From NCBI GenBank assembly GCA_045539625.1, contig JAZQFS010000016.1, forward strand, positions 2,971 to 66,970: DNA of 64,000 nt, written 5' to 3'. This document shows, one piece after another, positions 29,301 through 36,895 of the stretch. How positions within the stretch are numbered: the stretch's first letter is position 1; every line of letters begins with the position of its first letter. The position numbers were made by a program, and so were the translations under genes. The stretch is from Eubacteriales bacterium. GTDB taxonomy: Bacteria > Bacillota > Clostridia > Oscillospirales > CAG-382. The notes below the pieces were generated by a model, which did not search any database, was not told where the DNA came from, and was given only the letters and a program-made list of their open reading frames with translations.

Positions 29301-31003
29301 TTGCCGTAAACCTTGATGTTGTCAACCTTTGCGTTGCCGCCGTTTGAGTAAATTACGATGCTGTCAACAGGCTCTGTTGCACCAAGTGCTACAGTTGCAA
29401 GCTCACGGCCGTTGATAACGATTTCAGCCTTGCCTGCCGAAGGGTTTGCTTCAACACGAAGTCTGTACCACATATTCTTGGTAAGCTTTTCGTAAACAAC
29501 TTCGCCGTTGGCATAAAGCTTGCCGTCCTTGCTTACAAAGTCAACAGCAGCAGTAGAGCCGCTGAGTACCTTAAAGCCTGCGTTTTCGCCTTCGGGGAAG
29601 ATTGCAAGCATTTCGGCGATGTACTTTGTTTCGATGGGAGCGAAGGTCTTTGCTACGGAGGACTTACCCTTGAGAAGGATTTCTCTGTCATTATTAACCG
29701 ATGCTTCGCCTTCTGTCTTCCAGCCGTATACCTCTTCAAGACCGTAAATGTCGAAGTTTTCATATACGCCGTAGTTTGCGGTAAAGTTCATCTTACCGGG
29801 TGTCATAACACCGTCGCCTGTTTCATCAATGATGAGTCTGTAGCTTGCGATGTTGTCGGAAAGCATATCGTATTCGCCGCAGTATGCGTTGTTGATGTAT
29901 GTCTTAACCTTGCCTGCGGGAATGTCCATAATAAGACGGAAGTTGTCATATTCGTTAACGGATGCTGTTGCAAGAGGGGTAAATTTGCCGTCCTTGCCGA
30001 GAACATTCCACTTGCCGTCAATAATTGTGAATGAAAACGCATCCTTTACGTCAATGTCGCAGAACTTAACCCAAGCACCCTTGTCAACCATCTGCTTAAC
30101 CTGGAATTCAGCAACAACGATGTCCTTGTCAATCTTGTTGAACTCACGGAAAAGTGATGAGGGCTGAGTTTTGCTGATGTTAACCACAGAGCCTGCACCC
30201 TCTTCAATGTCTGTTCTGGGTGTGCCGCCTCTGTTGTCAATAACCCAACCTGCTTCGATGTTTTCACGAATACTCATTGCGTGGTTGGTGAGGCCGTTGT
30301 TCATATTGCCGTCAAAGTAAAGGAAAACATAAGAGTCACGGAAGTTGTATTCCTTGAGAGTGCCCTTTACTCTGTTTTCGGGAAGTGCAACACGGTTGAT
30401 AATTGCCGCACTTTCGCTTCTCTTGATATCGGAATCGGGGTTGAATGTACCGAAGTCATCGCTTCCGAATACGATACCTGCGTTGTAAAGCATAAGAATT
30501 TTCTTTGCATAGTCGTTGCCCTCGATAACGTCGGGAATATGTACAACGTTATTGATTGCCTTGTACTCACTTGCGGGTACTGCATCTGCAAAGAGGGTTG
30601 CCATTTCGGCACGAGTGATGTTACGTGTCATGCTGTCGAATTGGTCTTCCTTCATAATACCGTTGGAAACAGCATATTTTACGTACATATCGTACCAGTT
30701 GCCGCCCTGAACTGCAGGAATTTCCTTGCCGTTGTAGCTTGCGTTTACACGGGCAGCCATTGTGATACCCTGAGCAACTGTTACATTGCCGTCGGGGCTG
30801 AATACGGTGTCGTCCGTACCGTTCATAAAGCCAAGTTCGTATGCGGAAGCAACTTCCTTTGCATACCATGCACCTGATTTTACGTCGGTGAACTGACCGT
30901 CTTTGTAGGTGTTGGTTTTAGTGAAGGCTGCATTTGCGGCAACTGTAAGAGCTGCGGCAGTGGCAACGGTCACCAAAGCCTTAAACGGTTTTCTGAAGTT
31001 CAT
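26375..31003 (-). CDS. 1542-aa secreted SLH-domain surface protein with a putative glycoside-hydrolase-like core and C-terminal beta-sandwich (CBM-like) modules
   Basis: Signal peptide MNFRKPFKALVTVATAAALTVAANA. SLH-type repeats are present (FTDVKSGAWYAKEV...FSPDGNVTVAQGITM; ...ITRAEMATLF; ...IKRSESAAII). The central region ends in STWNEYGEGTYIMP, a motif I recall from WbsX/GH99-like TIM barrels. The functional call is weak. Confidence 0.6.
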   Translation of the reverse strand: MNFRKPFKALVTVATAAALTVAANAAFTKTNTYKDGQFTDVKSGAWYAKEVASAYELGFMNGTDDTVFSPDGNVTVAQGITMAARVNASYNGKEIPAVQGGNWYDMYVKYAVSNGIMKEDQFDSMTRNITRAEMATLFADAVPASEYKAINNVVHIPDVIEGNDYAKKILMLYNAGIVFGSDDFGTFNPDSDIKRSESAAIINRVALPENRVKGTLKEYNFRDSYVFLYFDGNMNNGLTNHAMSIRENIEAGWVIDNRGGTPRTDIEEGAGSVVNISKTQPSSLFREFNKIDKDIVVAEFQVKQMVDKGAWVKFCDIDVKDAFSFTIIDGKWNVLGKDGKFTPLATASVNEYDNFRLIMDIPAGKVKTYINNAYCGEYDMLSDNIASYRLIIDETGDGVMTPGKMNFTANYGVYENFDIYGLEEVYGWKTEGEASVNNDREILLKGKSSVAKTFAPIETKYIAEMLAIFPEGENAGFKVLSGSTAAVDFVSKDGKLYANGEVVYEKLTKNMWYRLRVEANPSAGKAEIVINGRELATVALGATEPVDSIVIYSNGGNAKVDNIKVYGNIDHYDYVPAPVAKASFDDYIVAMNICNLWYNDGTHYGWACITPYDENKPVLGYYDEGSRESADWEVKYMVEGGIDIQAVCWYASPAKGPVKTTHLSFQLNEGLQHSKYQDYMKYCLIWEAGSGTKFNAEQFRTHVIPYWFENYFLDENYAVIDNKLLLHVYALDSICSDKYFGNFEKAKAEFEYLEEVARSYGFDGMLYVSNASINTIEKAGLDAYAAYHWNAPGYQYQVNVDKNVNLANEAKTAHVIPTISVGYSDFAWRNMKQPLMTPEDWAKSHEWVKSTYIPKYAEKGTWEEKMVWVSTWNEYGEGTYIMPCEGLNGFSYLDVLRDKYTNLPKELPHVVPNEAQLERINHFYPQYARLLRFQGYYENPTNVNTKEYEYEVVKTIVPTAETIVDINGVDNVKFENGVMSGVSNKEDFNFNVKGIDGLNLKEIAAIRVNLEIPGGKHLQVFYGTEAEPDYSENKSMQVKYTSTAGGLQPMLCDFHLRSGLWRGTLKALRIDPCNGNGAAFKLGAIELLKIKENEIDAKYAVDNKLFVNTIEADSIILPERNNGVLVYPFDPETAIDHLLYSFFEWDHETRTIKLTANNHVVTFKDGSDKYTVDGVEKKLGYTVYSVDGIPMIDFKALSEALGYTYKEEGTNVYIETPELELITSGSFTQPGQWDFSGFDSDGWKSGNMNFTANGEYLNCENLNGTNTDPNMSAGSKIKFPARQYKEIEVRVRYKYEAEKPDQMTFYYITSLDSSWNETKTVRQTLKSTDSKGEWEVYTFDVKPLPNWNGLITGFRFDPFNKIGSIDIDYIRLIEDPEYDPELYNTSGIQNGTAELPGIQTFYSGTAKVTIEEDAQKPGNHVYRFTGPDKKAWTYAIHDYPFESGKKYEISFDARGVCDSKGNKVRMNLAVNIQYPASDGTNHHAGSIWLEADGSWTHFNTIYVPGPMTSNNGVKFSCYITPTGEDVSDTFELDNIVVKEIKD

Positions 31004-31327
31004 TTTACCTCTCCTTTGTTATAAATTTTGACATACTATTATACCAAGAAATGAGGCAGGAGTCAATACAAATTGTAGAAAATAAACAGAAAAATATTCA
31101 ATCCCACCATATTTTTCGGCAAATTGATGTCTTTATTACATTATACATAAATTTCATTGATTTTCTATAACACAAAGTACAAAAAGTATAACTATATTCA
31201 TTTTTTTGCATTTTTTTGCCTTGAAGAATAAGAAAAATAAATGAAGCAATACTTAATTATAAAGTTTGGGGAAATCATCTGTCACCCCCGAAAAAAACAG
31301 CCGTAAAAGTGGGAAATTGCCTCTCTG

Positions 31328-31367
31328 ACGGTAGAATTTGCGCAAAAACGGCAGAATTTACGCAAAA
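31328..31367 (+). promoter_or_regulatory. tandem 20-bp direct repeat (candidate operator) upstream of the 1210-aa surface-protein gene
   Basis: ACGGTAGAATTTGCGCAAAA / ACGGCAGAATTTACGCAAAA, adjacent copies with 2 mismatches, about 25 nt upstream of an extended -10 (TGTTATAAT). Confidence 0.4.
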
Positions 31368-31437
31368 CCGTTTTTTTGGAATCTATGTGTTATAATGGAA
31401 AAAAGAAAAATATAATCGTTATGAAAGGGCTGAAAAT

Positions 31438-34400
31438 ATGAAAACAAAGAAATTTTTTACGGTTTTATTCACAGTTATATCGTTAGTGCTTATGACGGCG
31501 GTGACAGCAGGTGCACTTTCGGTTGATATTGCACAGGGCGATGTAACCGTTACACAGTCGGACGGTGTAAAATACGCAAACGGCACAGCCTATTCGGGCG
31601 AGCTTACCGTAACCGACAGCGACACAAAATTAGCAAATATGCTGAAAATTGAAAGCGGTGAGCACAATGTTACGATCAATTCCATTACGGTATGCAATAT
31701 TCTTGTATCAGAAGGAGCAAAGCTTAATCTCACCATAAAGGGTGACGGTAAAATTTACAACTCATCCACCTTATACCGGTTTGCGGGAATCAGTGTGCCC
31801 GAGGGTGCCGAGCTTGTAATAACCGAGGCTTCCACAGGCTCAATGTATATCGAAGGCGGCTGTGATTCAGCGGGAATCGGCGGTGACAAGGAAAAAAGCA
31901 ACGGAAAAATAACCATTAGCGGCGGCACGCTGACTATTGAAGGTGACGTTGACGCAGCAGGCATCGGCGGCGGTGAGAGAGGTGAGGGAAAAGATATAAC
32001 CATTACGGGCGGTACGCTGAATGTCAAAGGCGGTAACTCTGCAGCAGGCATCGGCGGCGGTTTTGCTTGCGGCGGATCGAATATAACCATTACGGGCGGC
32101 AAGGTAACTGCCACAGGCGGTATGTATGGAGCAGGTATCGGCGGCGGAAGCAACTGTGACGGAACAAATATAACCATCACGGGCGGCACAGTAATTGCCG
32201 AGCGCGGTATCTATGCAGCAGGTATCGGCGGCGGACATAACGGCAGCGGAACAGACATCACCATTTCAGGCGGCACGGTAACCGCTATAGGATATAATCT
32301 TCCCGAACATTATACAAGAGGTATAGGTGCAGGTGATACAGATTACAATTGGTCAGCGGACGATAACGTTACGAAGAACATTTTTGTTGACCCTCAGGAG
32401 TTTTGCGCAATCATTGCAAAATTAAACGAAGAGTCCACAGAAATAATCGATACATACACAGAAAAGACAGATATTTCTTCGATGGTTCACGAGAGATTTA
32501 TGATTCACTTGTATACCGTTACCTGCGGCGGCAATCACGTTGACGAGGATAAAGACCATAAGTGTGATATTTGTAAGGGAACAACCCCCTGTGACTTTGA
32601 TGAAAACAACGGCTTTTGCCTTGTTTGCGATGAATACCAAGAACCTGAGCTTAAAGATAACTACTATCAAATCAAAAACGGCGGTAACCTCTACTGGTTT
32701 GCAAACCACATAAACAACGTTGACAGAACGGCAAACGCAGTTCTCCTGAATGACATCGACCTTGAAGGAAAGTCTGACGGCACAGGCAGAAAGTGGATAC
32801 CGATAGGCTTTACAGGCGAGAACAGCAACAACTTCCGAGGTATCTTTGACGGCAGAAATCATACAATCACAAATCTTTATATTGACGAGCAAAGAGCAGG
32901 AATGGGACTCTTCGGAGAAGTACGTCTGGGTACTGTTGAAAACTTTACCGTTTACGGCAATGTGAAGCTCACTTCCGATTGCAGCTACGTTGGCGGTGTT
33001 ATAGGCTCTGCTCCCGGTGCAAACGGTACGGATGTTCCCGACCATAACGGTGCAACAATTCGTAATATTACATCGTATGTAAATGTAACTCTCGCCGAAA
33101 ACGCTCACGGCTCAAGCTTTGTGGGCGGCTTTATCGGTTACGCTAACCACGAAACAACTATCGAAAACTGCTCATGGTACGGAACTCTTGACCTTGGCAT
33201 TTACCGTGCAGACAGCGGTGTGGGCGGTCTTGTGGGACGACTTTACGATAAATCTAATGTTACAATTCGCAACTGCGCTGCTTACGGCACTATAAAGACC
33301 TCCTATAAGAGCGGTACTCACAATAATTACGATACCATTTACATCGGCGGTGTGCTGTCCTTCAGCCCGTCAGGTACAAAGGCAGTCCTTAAAAACAATC
33401 TTTGGGCAGGCAGCTTTATTGATGACACCGACCTTGATGGCAAAGCACATCTCTCTGCTTTCGGTACGTTAAACGGCGAAGAAACTGTGACAAACTGCTA
33501 CACTATTGATTCCGCACCCTACCTCACAACCGAAAATGTAAATGCCAACGGCATTATAACCGTTACCCCGCAGCAGCTTGCTTCCGGTGAGGTTGCTTAC
33601 AAGTTGGGCGATGCCTTCGGTCAGAAAATCGGAACGGATGCTTATCCAATCCTTGGCGGCGACGTGGTTTACTACGGCTATGAAGAATGTAATTCTGCCC
33701 AAAAGGTTTACAGCAATGAAGAAGTAAGCGAAACACTTCCCGACCATAAGGACGAAGACAAAAACCACACTTGCGACGTGTGCAAGGAGATTGTTACCGA
33801 GTGTTCGGACGAAGACAATAATCACCTTTGCGACGTCTGCTCCGTAGAATTAAGTAAGTGCTCGGACGAAGACAATAACCATATCTGCGACGTCTGCACC
33901 GAAAAATTAAGTGAGTGCTCTGATGAGGACAAAAACTGCGTGTGCGACGTTTGCGGCACTTCCATAGCCCACAAGGACGAAGACGCAGACTGTGTGTGTG
34001 ACGTTTGCAAAACAGAAATACACATTGATGAAAATTCCGACAGTATATGTGACAAATGCAATATTGCTTGGGGAAGCTGCGGCGAAAATGTAACCTGGAC
34101 CTTTAACGAAACCACAGGTACGATAACCCTTTCGGGAACGGGTGCAACCAAGAATTACGTTCAATCCCCTTGGTTTGGCTATCGCGATAAATTTACAAAC
34201 TTAACCATAGAAAACGGAATAACCGGTCTTGGTAATAGTTTACTTTCATTGTGTTCCAATCTTGAAACAATACATTATCTTGGCACGGAAGAAGAATGGG
34301 GTGCAATCAATATAGGTGCAGGTAACTCAAGTTATGTCAACGCCGCCGACAAACACTTTTGCATACATAAGGAAGCACAGCAGGCAACCTGTCTTGCCGG

Positions 34401-35070
34401 CGGAAATGAGAGCGGTTGGTATTGCGAAACCTGCCAAAAGTATATAAAAGGCGGCAAAGAAATCCCTGCAAATCCCGATAATCACCTTGACGAAGACAGC
34501 GACCACTTCTGCGACGCCTGTGATGAATTAATGAGCTGGTGTTCAGACGGAGACGGCGACCACCTGTGCGATATCTGCAAAACTGCTTTTCATGTAGACG
34601 AGGACTGCGACTGTGCTTGCGACATCTGCAAAGAAGCTACTCATGAAGACGAGGACGGCGACTGTTTTTGCAATTTCTGCTCAGCGGCTGTACATATAGA
34701 CGAAGACGGCAACTGCTATTGTGATTTCTGCTCAGCGGCTATGCATATAGACGAAGACGATGATTGGATTTGTGATGCTTGTAGTGATATTGCAGCAAAC
34801 GGATTTGAAATCAAGTATATCCCCGAAACTGCGGAAGTGTATATATTAGCACCGTATGATATCAGTGATGCTGTGGTTGTTATTGCAGATTACAAAGAAT
34901 CAATACTTGCGAATGTTTATTTTGTAGATGTCGATATTTGTATGGAATCATCGACGGGTTATGTATATGTCGATAATGAGTTCCATTTGCTCGGCACAGG
35001 CGACAAGATTATGCTGTGGGAAAGCACAAGCACCTTTGTACCTCTTTGCAAGGAGTATATTGTCCCGTAA
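31438..35070 (+). CDS. 1210-aa secreted surface protein with Gly-rich beta-solenoid repeats, GLUG-like region, BspA-type LRR and 13 DEDxDHxCDxC mini-repeats
   Basis: Signal peptide. Five to six repeats of ITI(S/T)GGT..(A/I)..G....AGIGGG. GGVIG/GGFIGY/GGLVG motifs. LRR-like ITGLGNSLLSLCSNLETIHYLGTEEEW. Repeated H.DED.(D/N)H.CD.C units. Confidence 0.65.
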   Translation: MKTKKFFTVLFTVISLVLMTAVTAGALSVDIAQGDVTVTQSDGVKYANGTAYSGELTVTDSDTKLANMLKIESGEHNVTINSITVCNILVSEGAKLNLTIKGDGKIYNSSTLYRFAGISVPEGAELVITEASTGSMYIEGGCDSAGIGGDKEKSNGKITISGGTLTIEGDVDAAGIGGGERGEGKDITITGGTLNVKGGNSAAGIGGGFACGGSNITITGGKVTATGGMYGAGIGGGSNCDGTNITITGGTVIAERGIYAAGIGGGHNGSGTDITISGGTVTAIGYNLPEHYTRGIGAGDTDYNWSADDNVTKNIFVDPQEFCAIIAKLNEESTEIIDTYTEKTDISSMVHERFMIHLYTVTCGGNHVDEDKDHKCDICKGTTPCDFDENNGFCLVCDEYQEPELKDNYYQIKNGGNLYWFANHINNVDRTANAVLLNDIDLEGKSDGTGRKWIPIGFTGENSNNFRGIFDGRNHTITNLYIDEQRAGMGLFGEVRLGTVENFTVYGNVKLTSDCSYVGGVIGSAPGANGTDVPDHNGATIRNITSYVNVTLAENAHGSSFVGGFIGYANHETTIENCSWYGTLDLGIYRADSGVGGLVGRLYDKSNVTIRNCAAYGTIKTSYKSGTHNNYDTIYIGGVLSFSPSGTKAVLKNNLWAGSFIDDTDLDGKAHLSAFGTLNGEETVTNCYTIDSAPYLTTENVNANGIITVTPQQLASGEVAYKLGDAFGQKIGTDAYPILGGDVVYYGYEECNSAQKVYSNEEVSETLPDHKDEDKNHTCDVCKEIVTECSDEDNNHLCDVCSVELSKCSDEDNNHICDVCTEKLSECSDEDKNCVCDVCGTSIAHKDEDADCVCDVCKTEIHIDENSDSICDKCNIAWGSCGENVTWTFNETTGTITLSGTGATKNYVQSPWFGYRDKFTNLTIENGITGLGNSLLSLCSNLETIHYLGTEEEWGAINIGAGNSSYVNAADKHFCIHKEAQQATCLAGGNESGWYCETCQKYIKGGKEIPANPDNHLDEDSDHFCDACDELMSWCSDGDGDHLCDICKTAFHVDEDCDCACDICKEATHEDEDGDCFCNFCSAAVHIDEDGNCYCDFCSAAMHIDEDDDWICDACSDIAANGFEIKYIPETAEVYILAPYDISDAVVVIADYKESILANVYFVDVDICMESSTGYVYVDNEFHLLGTGDKIMLWESTSTFVPLCKEYIVP

Positions 35071-35097
35071 CCTTCACAGTATAAAATGATAAAATAT

Positions 35098-35145
35098 ACC
35101 CCGTTCACCAAGGCGAAATGCCAAAAATGAACGGGGTGTTCTTTT
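35098..35145. terminator. bidirectional terminator between convergent genes
   Basis: ACCCCGTTCA...TGAACGGGGT stem with a T-rich 3' flank and an A-rich 5' flank. Confidence 0.7.
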
Positions 35146-35170
35146 GTGTATTTTTATTGTAAGGAAAAGT

Positions 35171-36373
35171 TTAATGCTGTGTTTTGTTCTTTTTGCTTTT
35201 TGCTCTGATAAGCACAACAAGGCAGATTACCAGCAGTATCGGGAAAACCGTTGCATAAAGCAAGCCTGTCTTTAAGTTGCCGCCTGCATTCTCCGAAATG
35301 TGTCCCACCATTGCAGGGCTGACGGTAGCACCAAGGTCGCCTGCAAGAGCAAGGAAAGCAAACATTGCCGTGCCGCCCTTGGGACAGCTTTGTGAGGAAA
35401 TGCTGATGGAGCCCGGCCACATAATGCCTACCGCAAGTCCGCACAACGCACAGCCCAAAAGTCCGATGACGGCAATTGACGACAGCGACGCCGCAAGATA
35501 ACAGCAAGCCGCCATAACACCGCAAAGCAGCATAACCTTGCTTAAATTCAGCCTTTCGCTGAACTTGCCGTACATCATTCGTGCAATGCCCATAAACATT
35601 GCAAAAAGGCAGGGACCTGCAAGGTCGCCCACGGTTTTTGATACTCCGACAGCCGACTCCGTAAAGGCGGACGCCCACTGAGCCATGGTGGTCTCCGACG
35701 CACCCGAGCATATCATAAGCATTATCATCAGCCAGAACACAGGTGTCCCAAGAAGCTTTCTTACGCCCATACTTTCTTCACCGCCGTCCAGCTTTTCAAT
35801 GGGACAGCTTATAAAGTTTAAGGTGTTGTACAAGGGAATAATTGCCCAGATTAAGGTAAGTATTTTCCAATTTTCAAGTCCGAACAGCGAGAAAAACAGC
35901 GTTGAGCCCAAAATTACGCTCATTGCACCCCAGCAGTAGAAGGAGTGGAGGGTGCTCATAACGCCGTCCTTATTTTCAAAGGGACAGGCTTCAACGATGG
36001 GGCTGAGAAGCACCTCAATAAGACCGCTTCCCACCGAGTAAAGCACAACGGAAATAATTATTCCCGTAAAGGGCGAGGGCAGAAGGTCAGGCAGAAATGC
36101 CATCAAAACAAGCCCAAGTGCCGACGTCACCTGAGAAGCAATAACGCAGGTGCGGTAGCCGATTTTGTCGGCAAACTTTGTTGCAGCAAGGTCGACTATA
36201 AGCTGAGTCAGATAGAACACCATGGGAATGAGGGCGATTTTCTCAAGAGTTATGCCGTAGCTACCTCTGAAGGTGAGAAACAGAAGGGGAGTGAAGTTTG
36301 CGGTTATAGCCTGTGTTACAAAGCCAAGGTAACAGGCGGTAAGTGTTTTTCTGTAGTTCTTTTGCGTTGCCAT
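35171..36373 (-). CDS. MFS transporter
   Basis: 400 aa, about 12 hydrophobic helices, two-fold MFS-like layout. Confidence 0.75.
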   Translation of the reverse strand: MATQKNYRKTLTACYLGFVTQAITANFTPLLFLTFRGSYGITLEKIALIPMVFYLTQLIVDLAATKFADKIGYRTCVIASQVTSALGLVLMAFLPDLLPSPFTGIIISVVLYSVGSGLIEVLLSPIVEACPFENKDGVMSTLHSFYCWGAMSVILGSTLFFSLFGLENWKILTLIWAIIPLYNTLNFISCPIEKLDGGEESMGVRKLLGTPVFWLMIMLMICSGASETTMAQWASAFTESAVGVSKTVGDLAGPCLFAMFMGIARMMYGKFSERLNLSKVMLLCGVMAACCYLAASLSSIAVIGLLGCALCGLAVGIMWPGSISISSQSCPKGGTAMFAFLALAGDLGATVSPAMVGHISENAGGNLKTGLLYATVFPILLVICLVVLIRAKSKKNKTQH

Positions 36374-36422
36374 AATGATGAGTCCTTTCGAGGGAGAGGG
36401 AGTTTTTTAATCATTACCGCAG

Positions 36423-36451
36423 ATTATAGCATAAAAAGGGGAGAAGGTCAA
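36423..36451 (-). promoter_or_regulatory. sigma-A promoter of the MFS gene
   Basis: Minus strand: TTGACC, 17-nt spacer, TATAAT, about 50 nt upstream of the ATG. Confidence 0.55.
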
Positions 36452-36503
36452 GGGGTGTGTGTTTTTTTGATGGTAGGTGCCTTTCTTGCCAAAATAATGA
36501 GAG

Positions 36504-36545
36504 TCCCACATAGAAAGTAACCTTTTCTATGTGGGATATTTTTAT
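36504..36545. terminator. strong 13-bp hairpin with T-rich tail (orphan terminator)
   Basis: TCCCACATAGAAA GTAACC TTTCTATGTGGGA followed by TATTTTTAT. Confidence 0.55.
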
Positions 36546-36615
36546 AAATACCTTTTCCGTTAAAAAACAATATAAATACTAACAAACCGCCAATCGGGCA
36601 CGGAAAATAAAAAAT

Positions 36616-36672
36616 AAATCCGAGATTAGGTCTCGGATTTGCTGCGGCACTTTGCCGCTGGTGGAGGCGGCG
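36616..36672. repeat. displaced original ssrA 3' end (14 nt, TGGTGGAGGCGGCG on this strand) plus original ssrA terminator; outermost att-like junction J1
   Basis: 36616-36664 matches 40084-40132 (49 bp, 1 mismatch). 36659-36672 is identical to 63436-63449, the 3' end of ssrA. On the minus strand the segment reads CCACCA, hairpin, hairpin, TTTATTTTTT, i.e. a terminator directly after a CCA end. Confidence 0.7.
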
Positions 36673-36895
36673 TTGAACTACTGTGTTTCGCGGAAAGGGG
36701 TATATGGATAGGCTGGGGAGGATGGGTGCGGGAGGCGGGATGGTGAGGATAGCCATAGGTCTGTGTGGGGATGGGAAGAAAAGGTTGTTTTTTGGTTTTG
36801 AATGGTGGGGAGGTACAATAATTGAAACTTGACAACGAAGTTTTATAGTGGTAGAATTATGATACTATAAATTGTCATTGACTTTGGAGGTTTGT

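Noticed and set aside
31270-31437. c-di-GMP (GEMM-I-like) riboswitch upstream of the surface-protein gene, suggested by ACGCAAA-type motifs
   Set aside because: The ACGCAAAA strings are part of a simple 20-bp tandem repeat. I could not fold the paired P1a/P1b helices with a tetraloop and receptor.
31755-32238. Antisense ORFs with PPVMVIF-type repeats (144 aa and 123 aa)
   Set aside because: They are mirror images of the Gly-rich ITITGG...AGIGGG repeats of the 31438-35070 gene on the opposite strand. They have no start context of their own.
36448-36835. ORFs 36448-36756 and 36626-36835 (minus strand), one sharing HQRQSAAANPRPNLGF with the recombinase tail
   Set aside because: The shared peptide results from the 49-bp direct repeat (ssrA terminator copy). 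The region is att/terminator DNA with purine-rich filler.
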